Assembly: GCA_009785095.1 (NCBI GenBank)
Contig: WQXA01000001.1
Coordinates: forward strand, 3,244-67,243
Source of the DNA: Candidatus Saccharimonadota bacterium
GTDB lineage: Bacteria; Patescibacteriota; Saccharimonadia; Saccharimonadales; Saccharimonadaceae
Direction: 5' to 3'
DNA: 64,000 nucleotides
Under the pieces are notes generated by a model. The model did not search any database and was not told the DNA's origin. It worked only from the letters and a program-made list of their open reading frames with translations. Both the position numbers and the translations under genes were made by a program. Positions 1 to 9,563 of this stretch are shown piece after piece (the stretch's first letter is position 1; each line of letters begins with the position of its first letter).

Positions 1-188
1 AACTCCACACTCACGACCACTCGCCTTTTAAACCTAAACCTGTTCTGGCTGATCTGCGGCAACTCCGAAATGTTGGTAGCGAAGGCGACAAAGTGGCCGA
101 AAATGACAGCAAGCGCAGCAACTGGGACGTTTACCAATTTTAGTTTCTGTGTTACGATATTAGTGCAATTATAAAACAAGGAGGGGTT

Positions 189-1328
189 ATGGGAGACGGC
201 GATAAAGCTAGTCCGGACGTGGCGGCACAAAGTCCGGCCAAATTAGCAAAAACAAAAAAATCTAAAAAACCGCTAATCATCACGCTGATTATCGCAGGAG
301 CGTTGCTCCTAGCCGGCGTCGGTTTTGCGATTTGGTATTTTGCTTACTACAATTCGGACAGGAAAGTTTTGAGCGACGCCTTTTATAATCTCACGAGCAC
401 TACCGAGGGTACCACCGAAGCAAAAATGACGATCAAAATAGTTGGCGACGATGTTGGCACGCCGGATATGAGCCTCAGCGCAAATATCAAGGCGAAATAC
501 AATAAAGACGCCATAGCGATGGACATTGATGGCAAGCTCTCGGCGGAGACGATGTCGGTTGGAGCTAGCGCTAATCTAGTGGCCAACATGAAGGACGGCG
601 AATTTTATGTCAAGGTGAACGATCTAGAGGGAGTGTTAAATAGCGTGGGCATGAGCAGCGCTGCTCTCGGTGTCGATCTGAGTGCGGTGTCTGACAAATG
701 GATCAAAATTAGCTCGGACGATCTCGGCGATCTAATCCCACAGGCCGATGTTAGCACCGATGACTTTTCGAAATGTCTCGAAAAAGCTGGGACTACTTTA
801 CGCGAGCAAAGAAGCGTGCAAAAGGAACTCTTAGATGCCATCCAAGATAGCAAAGCCCTGACCGCCAAACGCGTCGGCAAAGACCGAGACGGCATAAAAT
901 TCCAACTAACGGGCGACATCAAAGCCACGCCCGAACTCGCTAGCAAATTAAAGAGCACGGAAATTTTCAAATCGCTGAGCGATTGCGCCAAGAAACTGGA
1001 CGACGCCGATACGGCCGCGGATATAGCCAGAGTCGCCGAGGACGATTTTGACTTGGCGACTATCGAGGAAGCCCTAGGCCAACTCAGCATCGAGGTTAAT
1101 TTCTGGGTTAGTCCTTGGGGTCACCAAGCGACTCGCCTGCTGGTCAGCGTCAAAGTTGATGAACCAAAAGTCGAGTTTACGCTCGATATGACGAACAAGA
1201 GCGGCAAAACTGAGATAAAGATGCCGAGCGACAGCACTTCCCTAACGTCGATCATCGAAGATCTCATGGGTTCATATAGTCCGTATAGCGATTTGATTGA
1301 CTATGACGACGTTTACGACTACTTGTGA
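189..1328 (+). CDS. hypothetical membrane-anchored protein; paralog of 2202..3467
   Basis: ATG preceded by AAGGAGGGG. Lys-rich N-terminus followed by one TM helix. Blocks shared with 2202..3467 (YYNSDRKVLSDAFYN / FYNNDKRVLNDAFHN; SDKWIKIS / SDKWFKFS; NFWVSPWGH / HFWVSEWNH). Confidence 0.6.
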   Translation: MGDGDKASPDVAAQSPAKLAKTKKSKKPLIITLIIAGALLLAGVGFAIWYFAYYNSDRKVLSDAFYNLTSTTEGTTEAKMTIKIVGDDVGTPDMSLSANIKAKYNKDAIAMDIDGKLSAETMSVGASANLVANMKDGEFYVKVNDLEGVLNSVGMSSAALGVDLSAVSDKWIKISSDDLGDLIPQADVSTDDFSKCLEKAGTTLREQRSVQKELLDAIQDSKALTAKRVGKDRDGIKFQLTGDIKATPELASKLKSTEIFKSLSDCAKKLDDADTAADIARVAEDDFDLATIEEALGQLSIEVNFWVSPWGHQATRLLVSVKVDEPKVEFTLDMTNKSGKTEIKMPSDSTSLTSIIEDLMGSYSPYSDLIDYDDVYDYL

Positions 1329-2155
1329 GGCGATGGATGCCTAAATCTAAAAAGAACGCATCATGGAAAACGGCCGTGTCACCGGGTGGCGCGGCCGGCA
1401 GAGGCCATAGAACCCAATCGATTGTCATGATCGCCACGATCGCGACTCTCGGTGTCGTCATCGCTATCCTAGTGATCGCGTTGGTTATCATGGCGGGAGA
1501 TGCGCGTCAAGACAAACTGACCGACAACGAGGTGAACACCGAATCAAATGAAGATATACCACTAGCTCGAGCTACCGCCATCAACGCCAGCGGCTTAGAC
1601 GGATCGAAGCTCATCACCGCGGCCGATCTAGCGGAGGGCGAGATTCCTGATCACTACATCGGCAACGAGGACTCGGCTGTCGTGGTTATCGCGTACGAAG
1701 ATTTCGCCTGTTCGCACTGTCAGGCGCTGGCGGCCGACGCTGAGCAAATCTACGTCGATTATGGCGACCGCGTGCTGTTCATTCACCGCAGTTTCAATTT
1801 GGGTTTTCCTAATTCTGAGAAAACATTGCAATCGGCCGAGGCGGCCTATTTGGTGGGCGGCCAGGACGCCTATTGGGCGATGACCAAATTGCTATACCAG
1901 GACGACAAATTCACAGGCCGGATGAAGATCGGCCAAGCGGTTTTCAACGGCTACGCTAAACAAATTGGTCTCGACTCGACGAAATTTCAAGCAGCTTCGG
2001 CCGAGGCGGTCATAGCCAACAAACTTGGCCGAGACCGCGAGCTCGGCATCGAGGCTGGCGTCAATGGCACGCCCTCCTGGTTCATCAACGGCCAACAAAT
2101 TACCCCGAGAGACGCCGAAATCCGGACGGCTCTAGACGCAGCGCTATCATTGTAA
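1325..2155 (+). CDS. DsbA-family thiol:disulfide oxidoreductase, membrane-anchored
   Basis: CxxC motif (FACSHCQ) in a thioredoxin-like context, TM helix near the N-terminus, C-terminal GTPSWFING typical of DsbA/thioredoxin_4. The start is uncertain: GTG 1325 overlaps the upstream stop, and ATG 1337 is an alternative. Confidence 0.7.
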   Translation: MRRWMPKSKKNASWKTAVSPGGAAGRGHRTQSIVMIATIATLGVVIAILVIALVIMAGDARQDKLTDNEVNTESNEDIPLARATAINASGLDGSKLITAADLAEGEIPDHYIGNEDSAVVVIAYEDFACSHCQALAADAEQIYVDYGDRVLFIHRSFNLGFPNSEKTLQSAEAAYLVGGQDAYWAMTKLLYQDDKFTGRMKIGQAVFNGYAKQIGLDSTKFQAASAEAVIANKLGRDRELGIEAGVNGTPSWFINGQQITPRDAEIRTALDAALSL

Positions 2156-2201
2156 TCAAAGTATGCTATAATCTTCTCATTAGTCAAACTAAGGAGGAGT
2201 T

Positions 2202-3467
2202 ATGAGCAAGCACTCGGATCCGGTGACCAAAACAACAAAACAGTCAACTCGAGGGAAGAAATCCAAGAAAAAGTCACACAAAAAACTGGTGATTATCCTG
2301 TCGATAATCGGCGGCCTGTTGCTGGCTGCTGGTGTTGGTTTGGCTGTTTGGTTTTACGCTTTTTACAATAATGACAAGCGAGTGCTGAACGACGCGTTTC
2401 ATAACTTTATGAGTAGCGATGCTGGTTCGGGGGCTATGAATATCAAAATGAATGTCGCAGAAACAGAAACTTCGTCAAGTATGCGAGCCGAATTCGATTA
2501 TGTATTTCGAGGTAATAGTGACGTCGCAGTAGTCGATATGCAGCTCAAGGCCGGCCCCGACGAAATGTACTTAGACCTCAGCGCCAACATGGCGGCAACG
2601 TCGAGCGGTGATATTTATCTCCGCGTCAACAAGCTCGGCAAGACGCTAGAATCGATGGGGGTGGAGGCTGATCAACTGGGGATTGACGTCGATGCCATAT
2701 CCGACAAGTGGTTCAAATTCAGCATGGCAGATCTCGAAGAACTTAGCGGGGCGCCAATTAACGATGCTAGTTATAAAAAGTATTACGAGTGCATGAATGA
2801 TGTTGTGTTAGATCTCCAAAATAACCGTGACATGCAGGAAGACCTACTGAGGACGATTCAGGATAGCGGATTTCTTAGCGCCCAGCGAGTCGGCGGTGAT
2901 AAAAATGGCATCAAATTTAATCTCGAGGTCAATTTGGACGAGACCGGCACTCTAATTAGAAAAATCATCGGAGCTAAATTTGTAGACGGCTTTATTAAGT
3001 GCTACGAATATTATACCGGCACGAGCATATTTGACTCTGAATCGGACTCTACTTCTGACACCGAGTCGTCCTTTAGCTCGGATTTGGCTGAAATTAAAAA
3101 GTTCGTCTCGGAACATCTCGACGCGGAGTTTCATTTTTGGGTCAGCGAGTGGAACCATAAACCAACCAGAGCAGAATTTAAACTCAAAATTACCGACGCT
3201 CCAAATGTGCCAGACATCAAGATATCGGCGACCATGAGCATGGATTACAAAAAAGTCGAGGTGTCTGTGCCGAATGACGCCGCCAGCGGTAAATCACTCA
3301 TAAAGGATATTCAGCGAGCGATAAGCCCTTACGCCGATCAGCAGGCGCAGACTTTTTTCGTCGACGATTATTTTGATGATGATTACGTTCGCACTGGCAA
3401 CGAACGCTTCGAGCTTGTCTGCAAAGGCAAGACAGCAGCTGATTGTGAATTGCGCCGCGTGGATTGA
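2202..3467 (+). CDS. hypothetical membrane-anchored protein; paralog of 189..1328
   Basis: RBS AAGGAGGAG. Same architecture and conserved blocks as 189..1328, with an acidic Ser/Asp-rich insert. Confidence 0.6.
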   Translation: MSKHSDPVTKTTKQSTRGKKSKKKSHKKLVIILSIIGGLLLAAGVGLAVWFYAFYNNDKRVLNDAFHNFMSSDAGSGAMNIKMNVAETETSSSMRAEFDYVFRGNSDVAVVDMQLKAGPDEMYLDLSANMAATSSGDIYLRVNKLGKTLESMGVEADQLGIDVDAISDKWFKFSMADLEELSGAPINDASYKKYYECMNDVVLDLQNNRDMQEDLLRTIQDSGFLSAQRVGGDKNGIKFNLEVNLDETGTLIRKIIGAKFVDGFIKCYEYYTGTSIFDSESDSTSDTESSFSSDLAEIKKFVSEHLDAEFHFWVSEWNHKPTRAEFKLKITDAPNVPDIKISATMSMDYKKVEVSVPNDAASGKSLIKDIQRAISPYADQQAQTFFVDDYFDDDYVRTGNERFELVCKGKTAADCELRRVD

Positions 3468-3483
3468 GTTAACTGAGGTGATT

Positions 3484-6270
3484 TTACTCCTTCATCACAT
3501 CTAATTCCGCGATCAGGCGCGTCTCTAATGTGCGCTTGTCGTCGAGCTGGCGTTTCGTTTCCTCGACGAGGTGTTTAGGCGCTCGATCCACGTAGCCGCT
3601 GCTACTGAGGCGTTTTTCCAAATTAGTGATTTCTTCCCGCACGGCAACCAAACGCATTTCTAGGCGCGTCTGGTGCTCGTACAATAGGTCTTCGTCGATG
3701 TCGAGCCAGGCGGCGTGATCAGTCACGGCCAAACGCATCCCCCTGCCCTTTTTGGTCGGCCGCACCGATTTTAGCCCAGCCAACGCCTCAATCAGATCAG
3801 AATTTTCGTTAATCAGCGGCTCGTGCTCGTAAATGAGGTCGTACTTGCCGGCCGGCAGCTCGGTGGTGATAAAACGAACACTGCTGACCAATTCCTTGAT
3901 TTGATCGAATTCGGCCGCTTTGGCTTTATCAAAAATCAACTTCTCCGGCCACTTTTGGGAAATCAACAAAGTCTCATCGTCATGCAAAGTCATCCAGATC
4001 GTCTCCGAAACGAACGGCGCAAAAGGATGAACCAGACGCAAAATTATATCGAGGACGTGGCGCAAGAACGCCGGCCGCGGGTTGATTTTGCTGGCCTCGA
4101 TGAACCAATCGGCCACGTCGTCCCAAACCACGTGGTAAACGATGTCAACCGCCTCAGCAAAACGGTAGTTTTTGATGTGGCCATCGATGGTTTTTCGGGC
4201 GGTGTCGAGCTGACGCAGAACCCAGTGGTCGGCTAGGGATATAGGCGCATCGAGCGCGGAGCCGCAACTTACTGCCACGCGACTATCGAAGGACGGCGAG
4301 AGAGTCAGTGAGGAGTCCTGTGACGACAGGCACGACGAACGGCGTGGCAGTAATGTTGGGGCGGAAGCGCTGTTAATTGGGCTCGCCAAACCGTCTTCCT
4401 TCGGTACGTGATTTCCGCCCGTCGTTACGGGGGAAATCACTTTCGCCTCGTCGTAACTACGTACAGCCTCAGGAAGAGATTTTGGCTCGTCAATGTCTCT
4501 ATTCTTATCCTGCCCCTCGATAAACCGCGCGATATTCCAGAGCTTGTTACAGAAATTGCGGCCGGCGACCACCGACGCGACCGAAAAAGCTTGCGCCTGG
4601 CCAGCGGAGCGATTCATGACGATGCCGATACGCAACGCGTCGCTACCATATTCGTCAATGATATCCATCGGATTGACCACATTATTCTTACTCTTACTCA
4701 TTTTCTGGCCTTTTTCATCTGTTACCATACCGTGCAGATAGACATTCCTAAACGGCACTTGTCCCGTTCTGTACAGTCCGAACATAATCATCCGCGAGCA
4801 CCATGGCCGCATGATGTCGACGCCGTGTTCCATCAGCGTCGTCGGGTAAAAGCGCGCCAGTTCCCCACCGCTCAGAAAATCCGTCGTGATAAACGGCCAT
4901 TGACCAGAGGAGAACCAAGTATCAAAAGTATCATTGTCACGCTGATAAGTCTTCCCTGCTACGGTGATTTCGGCTTGATCGACGCGCGCATCAAAAATCC
5001 AATCATCCTCGTCTGCAACATTTTGAAAGGCCGGAATCGGAATGCCCCAAGGAATCTGGCGGCTAATATTCCAATCGCGCATCTCGTCGTAGTAGCGAAC
5101 TAGCTCGTCGGCCTTTTGTGCCGGGGTGAATTTGATTTCTCCGGCTTCGACAACTTTTTTCGCACGCTGGGCCAGCGGCTGAACATCCATGAACCACTGT
5201 TTCATAATCAGAGGTTGGATAACCGAGCCGCATTTGTAACAGTGCGGCACTTGGTGCTCGAACTTTTCGATTTTCCTGATCAGACCTAATTCTTCTAGAT
5301 CTTTGACCACTGTTTCACGAGCAGTGTCAACATCCATTCCGCGATATTTTCTCGGCGCATTATCGGTGATTTTGCCGTCCAAGCCAATAATCTGAAGTGG
5401 CTCTAGGTCGTGTCGCTGGCCGATGTCGAAATCTAGTGGGTCATGCGCCGGTGTGACTTTGACCGCGCCGGTACCAAAACCTAACTCTACCGCTTCATCC
5501 GCCACAATTGGAATTTCGCGATCCGTCAAAGGTAATCTGACCATTTTGCCGACTAGATCCTTGTATTTTTTGTCGTCTGGATGAACCGCCACGGCCATGT
5601 CGCCAAGCATGGTTTCGGGTCGCGTGGTGGCGACAATGATTTCCGCAGCCGTCTCGTTTTCTACGACCGGATAGGCGATGTGCCAGAGGTGAGATTTCTC
5701 CTCACGAAAAACGACTTCGATATCTGCAAAACTCGTCTGATGCTGAGTGCAATAGTTCACGATACGCTCGCCACGATAGATCAACCCCTCATCCCACATC
5801 TTTTTAAAAGTCTCGTAAACCGTCTCGACCACTTTCTTGTCCAGAGTAAATGTGTTGGCTGCCCAATCGCAACTAACACCTAGGGCTCGCACCTGTAGCT
5901 CCATATTGCCACGATTTTGCTCAACAAAATCCCAAGTCATTTTATACAATATCTCACGCGAAAAGTCAAATCGTGACTTGCCTTCCTTCTCGAGTGCTTT
6001 CTCGAAAACCACCCAAGTTTCAAAACCGGCATGATCAGCACCCGGGATGTAAATCGTATCACGACCATTCATCCGTTGGTAACGGATAACGATATCCTTA
6101 ATGGTTTCTAAACTGTGGCCAACATGCAGATCAGCGTTAGCATTCGGCGGCGGCATGACAATAGAATACGGCTCGCCCTGCCCTGTTGGCGCGAAGGCAC
6201 CCGAAGTCTCCCAGAGAGCGTAAACCTCGGGCTCGTAAGTGTTTGGTTCGTAGGCTTTTGACAATTTCAT
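3484..6270 (-). CDS. valS: valine--tRNA ligase carrying an ~85-aa in-frame insertion
   Basis: PPPNANADLHVGH (HIGH region), KMSKSK, class Ia editing and anticodon-domain blocks, C-terminal coiled coil. Start set to ATG 6270 (MKLSKAYEP...) because the 53 upstream codons of the ORF run into the divergent fem gene. The extra segment lies between NKLWNIARFIEGQ and LADHWVLRQL. Confidence 0.93.
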   Translation of the reverse strand: MKLSKAYEPNTYEPEVYALWETSGAFAPTGQGEPYSIVMPPPNANADLHVGHSLETIKDIVIRYQRMNGRDTIYIPGADHAGFETWVVFEKALEKEGKSRFDFSREILYKMTWDFVEQNRGNMELQVRALGVSCDWAANTFTLDKKVVETVYETFKKMWDEGLIYRGERIVNYCTQHQTSFADIEVVFREEKSHLWHIAYPVVENETAAEIIVATTRPETMLGDMAVAVHPDDKKYKDLVGKMVRLPLTDREIPIVADEAVELGFGTGAVKVTPAHDPLDFDIGQRHDLEPLQIIGLDGKITDNAPRKYRGMDVDTARETVVKDLEELGLIRKIEKFEHQVPHCYKCGSVIQPLIMKQWFMDVQPLAQRAKKVVEAGEIKFTPAQKADELVRYYDEMRDWNISRQIPWGIPIPAFQNVADEDDWIFDARVDQAEITVAGKTYQRDNDTFDTWFSSGQWPFITTDFLSGGELARFYPTTLMEHGVDIMRPWCSRMIMFGLYRTGQVPFRNVYLHGMVTDEKGQKMSKSKNNVVNPMDIIDEYGSDALRIGIVMNRSAGQAQAFSVASVVAGRNFCNKLWNIARFIEGQDKNRDIDEPKSLPEAVRSYDEAKVISPVTTGGNHVPKEDGLASPINSASAPTLLPRRSSCLSSQDSSLTLSPSFDSRVAVSCGSALDAPISLADHWVLRQLDTARKTIDGHIKNYRFAEAVDIVYHVVWDDVADWFIEASKINPRPAFLRHVLDIILRLVHPFAPFVSETIWMTLHDDETLLISQKWPEKLIFDKAKAAEFDQIKELVSSVRFITTELPAGKYDLIYEHEPLINENSDLIEALAGLKSVRPTKKGRGMRLAVTDHAAWLDIDEDLLYEHQTRLEMRLVAVREEITNLEKRLSSSGYVDRAPKHLVEETKRQLDDKRTLETRLIAELDVMKE
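4384..4486. mobile_element. palindromic hairpin element, copy A (84-nt core 4394..4477), in-frame inside valS
   Basis: Core is 78/84 identical to the reverse complement of 10423..10506. Terminal inverted repeats TCTTCCT/AGGAAGA. Inner 9-bp plus 5-bp hairpin GTGATTTCC-g-CCCGT-cgtt-ACGGG-GGAAATCAC. A degraded second hairpin copy (TCCTGTGACGACAGGCA, 4316..4332) lies next to it in the opposite orientation. Confidence 0.8.
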
Positions 6271-6412
6271 TTTAACCTCTGCAAAATTGTTGTTTTCACG
6301 TGAAAACAACACTAACCATTCAGCCCACCTCTGACCGAATTTCTTTACTAAAAAACAAATGTTTGTTTCATAAGCATTATACCACAAAAGAATTAGGTGG
6401 TACAATATACAT

Positions 6413-7396
6413 ATGATTAGAGAGATCAAGGATCAGACAGAATGGGATAAATTGCTGACCGAACAGGGCGGCCATCCGTTGCAGCTCTGGGCTTGGGGTG
6501 AGCTAAAACAGGCGCACGGATCGTGGACGCCGTATCGTTTAGCGATCGAGCAAAATCATGAATTTATCGGGGGAGCGCAAATTTTGGCGCGAAAACTATC
6601 AAAACCGTTCGGGCGGATGTTTTACATACCGCGCGGGCCGTTCTGTGCCAAAAATAACAGGGGTGAAATTTTACAGGAACTAACTAATTGGGCAAAAAAC
6701 CGTGGCGGTATAGAGCTAAAAATCGAACCCGATTGGGCGGAAGCGGAACAGTGGCCAGCCGGTTGGCGGCGCTCGAAAAACCGTATTTTGGTGTCGCAAA
6801 CCGCGATAATTGATCTTTCTCGTAGCCAGGACGAGATTATGAGCAGGGCGGCCAAAAAAACCCGCCAATATATCCGAGGATCGGCCAGTGCGGGCGTCAC
6901 GGTGCGGCGGGTGACTGCTAAAAAAGACATCGCTAAATGCCTCGAGATTTATCACAGCACGGCCAAGCGAAATAAGTTTGGCTTGCACGAGGACAGTTAC
7001 TACTATGATTTGGCGCGGTTAGCGGGCGATTCTAACCTGATTTATCTAGCGGAAAAAGACGGTCAGCCGCTGTCTTTTCTTTGGAATCTGCGGACGCCGA
7101 GCACTGAGTTTGAGCTGTACGGCGGCGCCAATGAAGCAGGGCAGGGGCTTAGGTCGAACTACTGTCTAAAATGGCACGCTATAACAGAGGCAAAAGCCGC
7201 CCAAGTCGCGATTTACGACCTGAACGGTCTACTAAACGACGGAGTTAGCAATTTCAAGCGCAGTTTCTCCGACGACGCGATCACCTGGGTGGGGACGTGG
7301 GACAAACCGCTGTCGCCGCTCTATTACGCCGTGGAGACCGCTCTACCGGTAGCCAAAAAAACCGTCCAGGTCTTGAATAGACTAAAAAAACGCTGA
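6413..7396 (+). CDS. FemAB-family peptidoglycan interpeptide-bridge aminoacyltransferase (paralog 1)
   Basis: FemAB-like blocks (YIPRGPF, YDLNG, NFKRSFS) and ~330 aa length. Divergent from valS. Confidence 0.75.
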   Translation: MIREIKDQTEWDKLLTEQGGHPLQLWAWGELKQAHGSWTPYRLAIEQNHEFIGGAQILARKLSKPFGRMFYIPRGPFCAKNNRGEILQELTNWAKNRGGIELKIEPDWAEAEQWPAGWRRSKNRILVSQTAIIDLSRSQDEIMSRAAKKTRQYIRGSASAGVTVRRVTAKKDIAKCLEIYHSTAKRNKFGLHEDSYYYDLARLAGDSNLIYLAEKDGQPLSFLWNLRTPSTEFELYGGANEAGQGLRSNYCLKWHAITEAKAAQVAIYDLNGLLNDGVSNFKRSFSDDAITWVGTWDKPLSPLYYAVETALPVAKKTVQVLNRLKKR

Positions 7397-7398
7397 TT

Positions 7399-8454
7399 CT
7401 AGCGGCGAAAAATCTTCTTGGCTAGCGTCTTAGTGCGTTTTTGATGAGCTAATCGTCTGGTGTAGGTGATTAGCTGGTCGATCTGGTTTTCTTTTATGAG
7501 GCCGAAAAACTTCTGGTATTTCAGAGGTAGAGTGGTCAAATCTATCGCCTCGAGCGCCCCAAGAACTCGCGGGTGATTAGCCACCCGGGCGATGAATTGA
7601 CGCCGCTCGCGCATGCGTTTGCTGTGTCGGAAATAATATTCCTCAAAAATCACGCTATAAATGTTGTATAACAGATAGAAATTGATCTGTTCGGTGAGAT
7701 CGTAAATATTTTTCTGTCGATTGATTCGCTCCAAACTGTCGGCCAGAACCAGCAATCCCTCGAACTGCTCCGGGCAGTAGGAGCGGGTGAGAGAAATATT
7801 GTCTTTTCTATAATGATAGAGTTTTTGCCTCGAGACGATGACTTTTTTGGCGTCCAAAAAAGCGGCGAAAGTCGCTAGACCGTCCTCGTGGATTTTGACT
7901 TTTGGATCGACCGCCATCAGATTGGGCTCGATGATGGAGCGGCGGAAAATTTTGTTCCACATGGCGGCGTAGATACCAAAATAAAAGAAATTACCGGAGT
8001 AAATCATGCGAGGATAGATGTCGCTCATTAGCCCAGGGCGATTGAAGACGCCCTGCGGCACGGATTGTTTCGCCGGATAAGACCGGCCGCGCATATCGAA
8101 ATAGTTATCAAAAGTAATAATGTCGGGGCGATGCTCAGCGATCAACCGGGCGACTTTGGCGAGAGCTCGGGGCGCTAGATAATCGTCGCTATCAACCAGC
8201 CAGATGTAGTCGCCTCGGGAAGCTTTGAAACCGGCTTGTCGCGCCAGGGTGTGACCGCGGTTTTCTTGATGGATGACTTTGATATTCCTAGGATAACGAG
8301 CGGCGTAGTCATCGGCGATCTGGCCACAGTTATCGGGCGAACCATCGTCCACTAAAATCAACTCATAATCCGAAATGTCGCCCTCGATGATGCTATCGAT
8401 ACAGCGCGGCAAAAACCGCTCGGCTTTGTACATCGGCACTATCACACTAATCAT
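7399..8454 (-). CDS. family 2 glycosyltransferase
   Basis: ISVIVPMYKAERFLPRCIDSI...LILVDDGSPDNC GT2 signature. Start moved to ATG 8454, because the ORF's N-terminal 121 codons overlap the divergent fem gene. Confidence 0.8.
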   Translation of the reverse strand: MISVIVPMYKAERFLPRCIDSIIEGDISDYELILVDDGSPDNCGQIADDYAARYPRNIKVIHQENRGHTLARQAGFKASRGDYIWLVDSDDYLAPRALAKVARLIAEHRPDIITFDNYFDMRGRSYPAKQSVPQGVFNRPGLMSDIYPRMIYSGNFFYFGIYAAMWNKIFRRSIIEPNLMAVDPKVKIHEDGLATFAAFLDAKKVIVSRQKLYHYRKDNISLTRSYCPEQFEGLLVLADSLERINRQKNIYDLTEQINFYLLYNIYSVIFEEYYFRHSKRMRERRQFIARVANHPRVLGALEAIDLTTLPLKYQKFFGLIKENQIDQLITYTRRLAHQKRTKTLAKKIFRR

Positions 8455-8486
8455 ATCTCGATTGTACCATATGGTAAAATGGTTGC

Positions 8487-9563
8487 ATGAAAAGGACTTT
8501 TTCTGAGTTGTCAAAAGAAGAGTGGCGCGAGTTTCTGGCCGGCCAAAAAACAACCCATATTTTTCAGAGTGTGGAGCGGATCGAGTTGCGCGAAATGATG
8601 GGTTATCAAAATTACATTGTCGGTCTGCGCGAAGGGGGCAGGGTCGTTGCCGGCGGCGTGCTGCTCGGTCGCCGTGGCGAATTTTGGATGGCTTATGGGC
8701 CGCTGATTGATTGGGATAATCATGATTTGGTGGCGGTTTTCCTGAGTGGGTTGGTTGATTTTTCGCGCGCCAAAAACATGCTAAAAATAGAAGTTTTTCC
8801 GGATGTTTTACTGTCACTGCGCGATAGCAAAGGTCAGATTCTAGAGCAGTGGGATCGATCGAGTATCAAACAGGTTTTTCGTGAGGCCAATTTCCGCTAC
8901 CAGGGCGAAACGATTGGCTACGAAATGAAAGCCGGTCGCTGGGCTTTTACCAAGGATCTGTCGGGCATTAAGGACGTCGATGCTCTTCGCAAAACTTATC
9001 GAAAGACGCTGCGGGCGCGGCTGAGGCAGACTGAGAATGATGTAAAAATTACAACACTAAAACGTGATGAACTCGGCGTGTTGGTAGGGTTGATCGATGA
9101 ATCGGACGCGCGCCATGGCGTTTCTGGTCGCCAGGCGGAATATTACGAACAGATGTACGATGCGCTGGGTCGCCACGTGAAGTTTTTGGTGGCACGAAAA
9201 ACCTCTGATAACAAGCCGATTGCGGGGGCGGTCTTTGTCGATAGCGGCCGCGAGATGGCTTCATACTTGAGCGGCATGGATCGGCGTTATCGTGAGCTAA
9301 ACGGGCGGGCTTGGCTGCAGGATTTTATGATGAGAGAGTGCCTGAAAAAAGGTATTCCAAAAGTTAATTTTTTCTGGATAGAAGGGCGATTTGCGGATAA
9401 TCCCTTGCTCGAATTCAAGAGCGGTTTCGGCGGCGTGGTCGAGGAATACATCGGTGGTTTTGAGAAAATTATTAGTCCGGCCAAATATTATTCGCTCAAA
9501 GTGGGACGAAAAATTGGGCGGGTTCTACGACAAATTCCACGCCGCCAGGGTCATCGAAATTGA
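8487..9563 (+). CDS. FemAB-family peptidoglycan bridge-formation protein (paralog 2)
   Basis: FemAB-like blocks (AYGPLI, EFKSGFGG) and length. Lies 32 bp from the divergent GT2 start. Confidence 0.7.
   Translation: MKRTFSELSKEEWREFLAGQKTTHIFQSVERIELREMMGYQNYIVGLREGGRVVAGGVLLGRRGEFWMAYGPLIDWDNHDLVAVFLSGLVDFSRAKNMLKIEVFPDVLLSLRDSKGQILEQWDRSSIKQVFREANFRYQGETIGYEMKAGRWAFTKDLSGIKDVDALRKTYRKTLRARLRQTENDVKITTLKRDELGVLVGLIDESDARHGVSGRQAEYYEQMYDALGRHVKFLVARKTSDNKPIAGAVFVDSGREMASYLSGMDRRYRELNGRAWLQDFMMRECLKKGIPKVNFFWIEGRFADNPLLEFKSGFGGVVEEYIGGFEKIISPAKYYSLKVGRKIGRVLRQIPRRQGHRN

Noticed and set aside
4408-5103. Long plus-strand ORFs (231 aa and 82 aa) inside valS, with similar antisense ORFs inside groEL (18350..19736), carB, nrdJ and the ABC permease.
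   Set aside because: These are shadow ORFs opposite well-supported conserved genes, with no motifs or start signals. The peptide RRNHFRLVVT.YSLRK shared by 4408..5103 and 10367..10561 just reflects the palindromic element read in a third frame.
6271-6429. N-terminal extensions of ORF-track entries: valS to 6429, GT2 to 8817, NUDIX to 42726, PhnB-like to 40569, DHH from 57207, pgm from 14809.
   Set aside because: The extensions overlap divergent or upstream genes and promoters and lack homology. Internal ATGs with an RBS match canonical N-termini.
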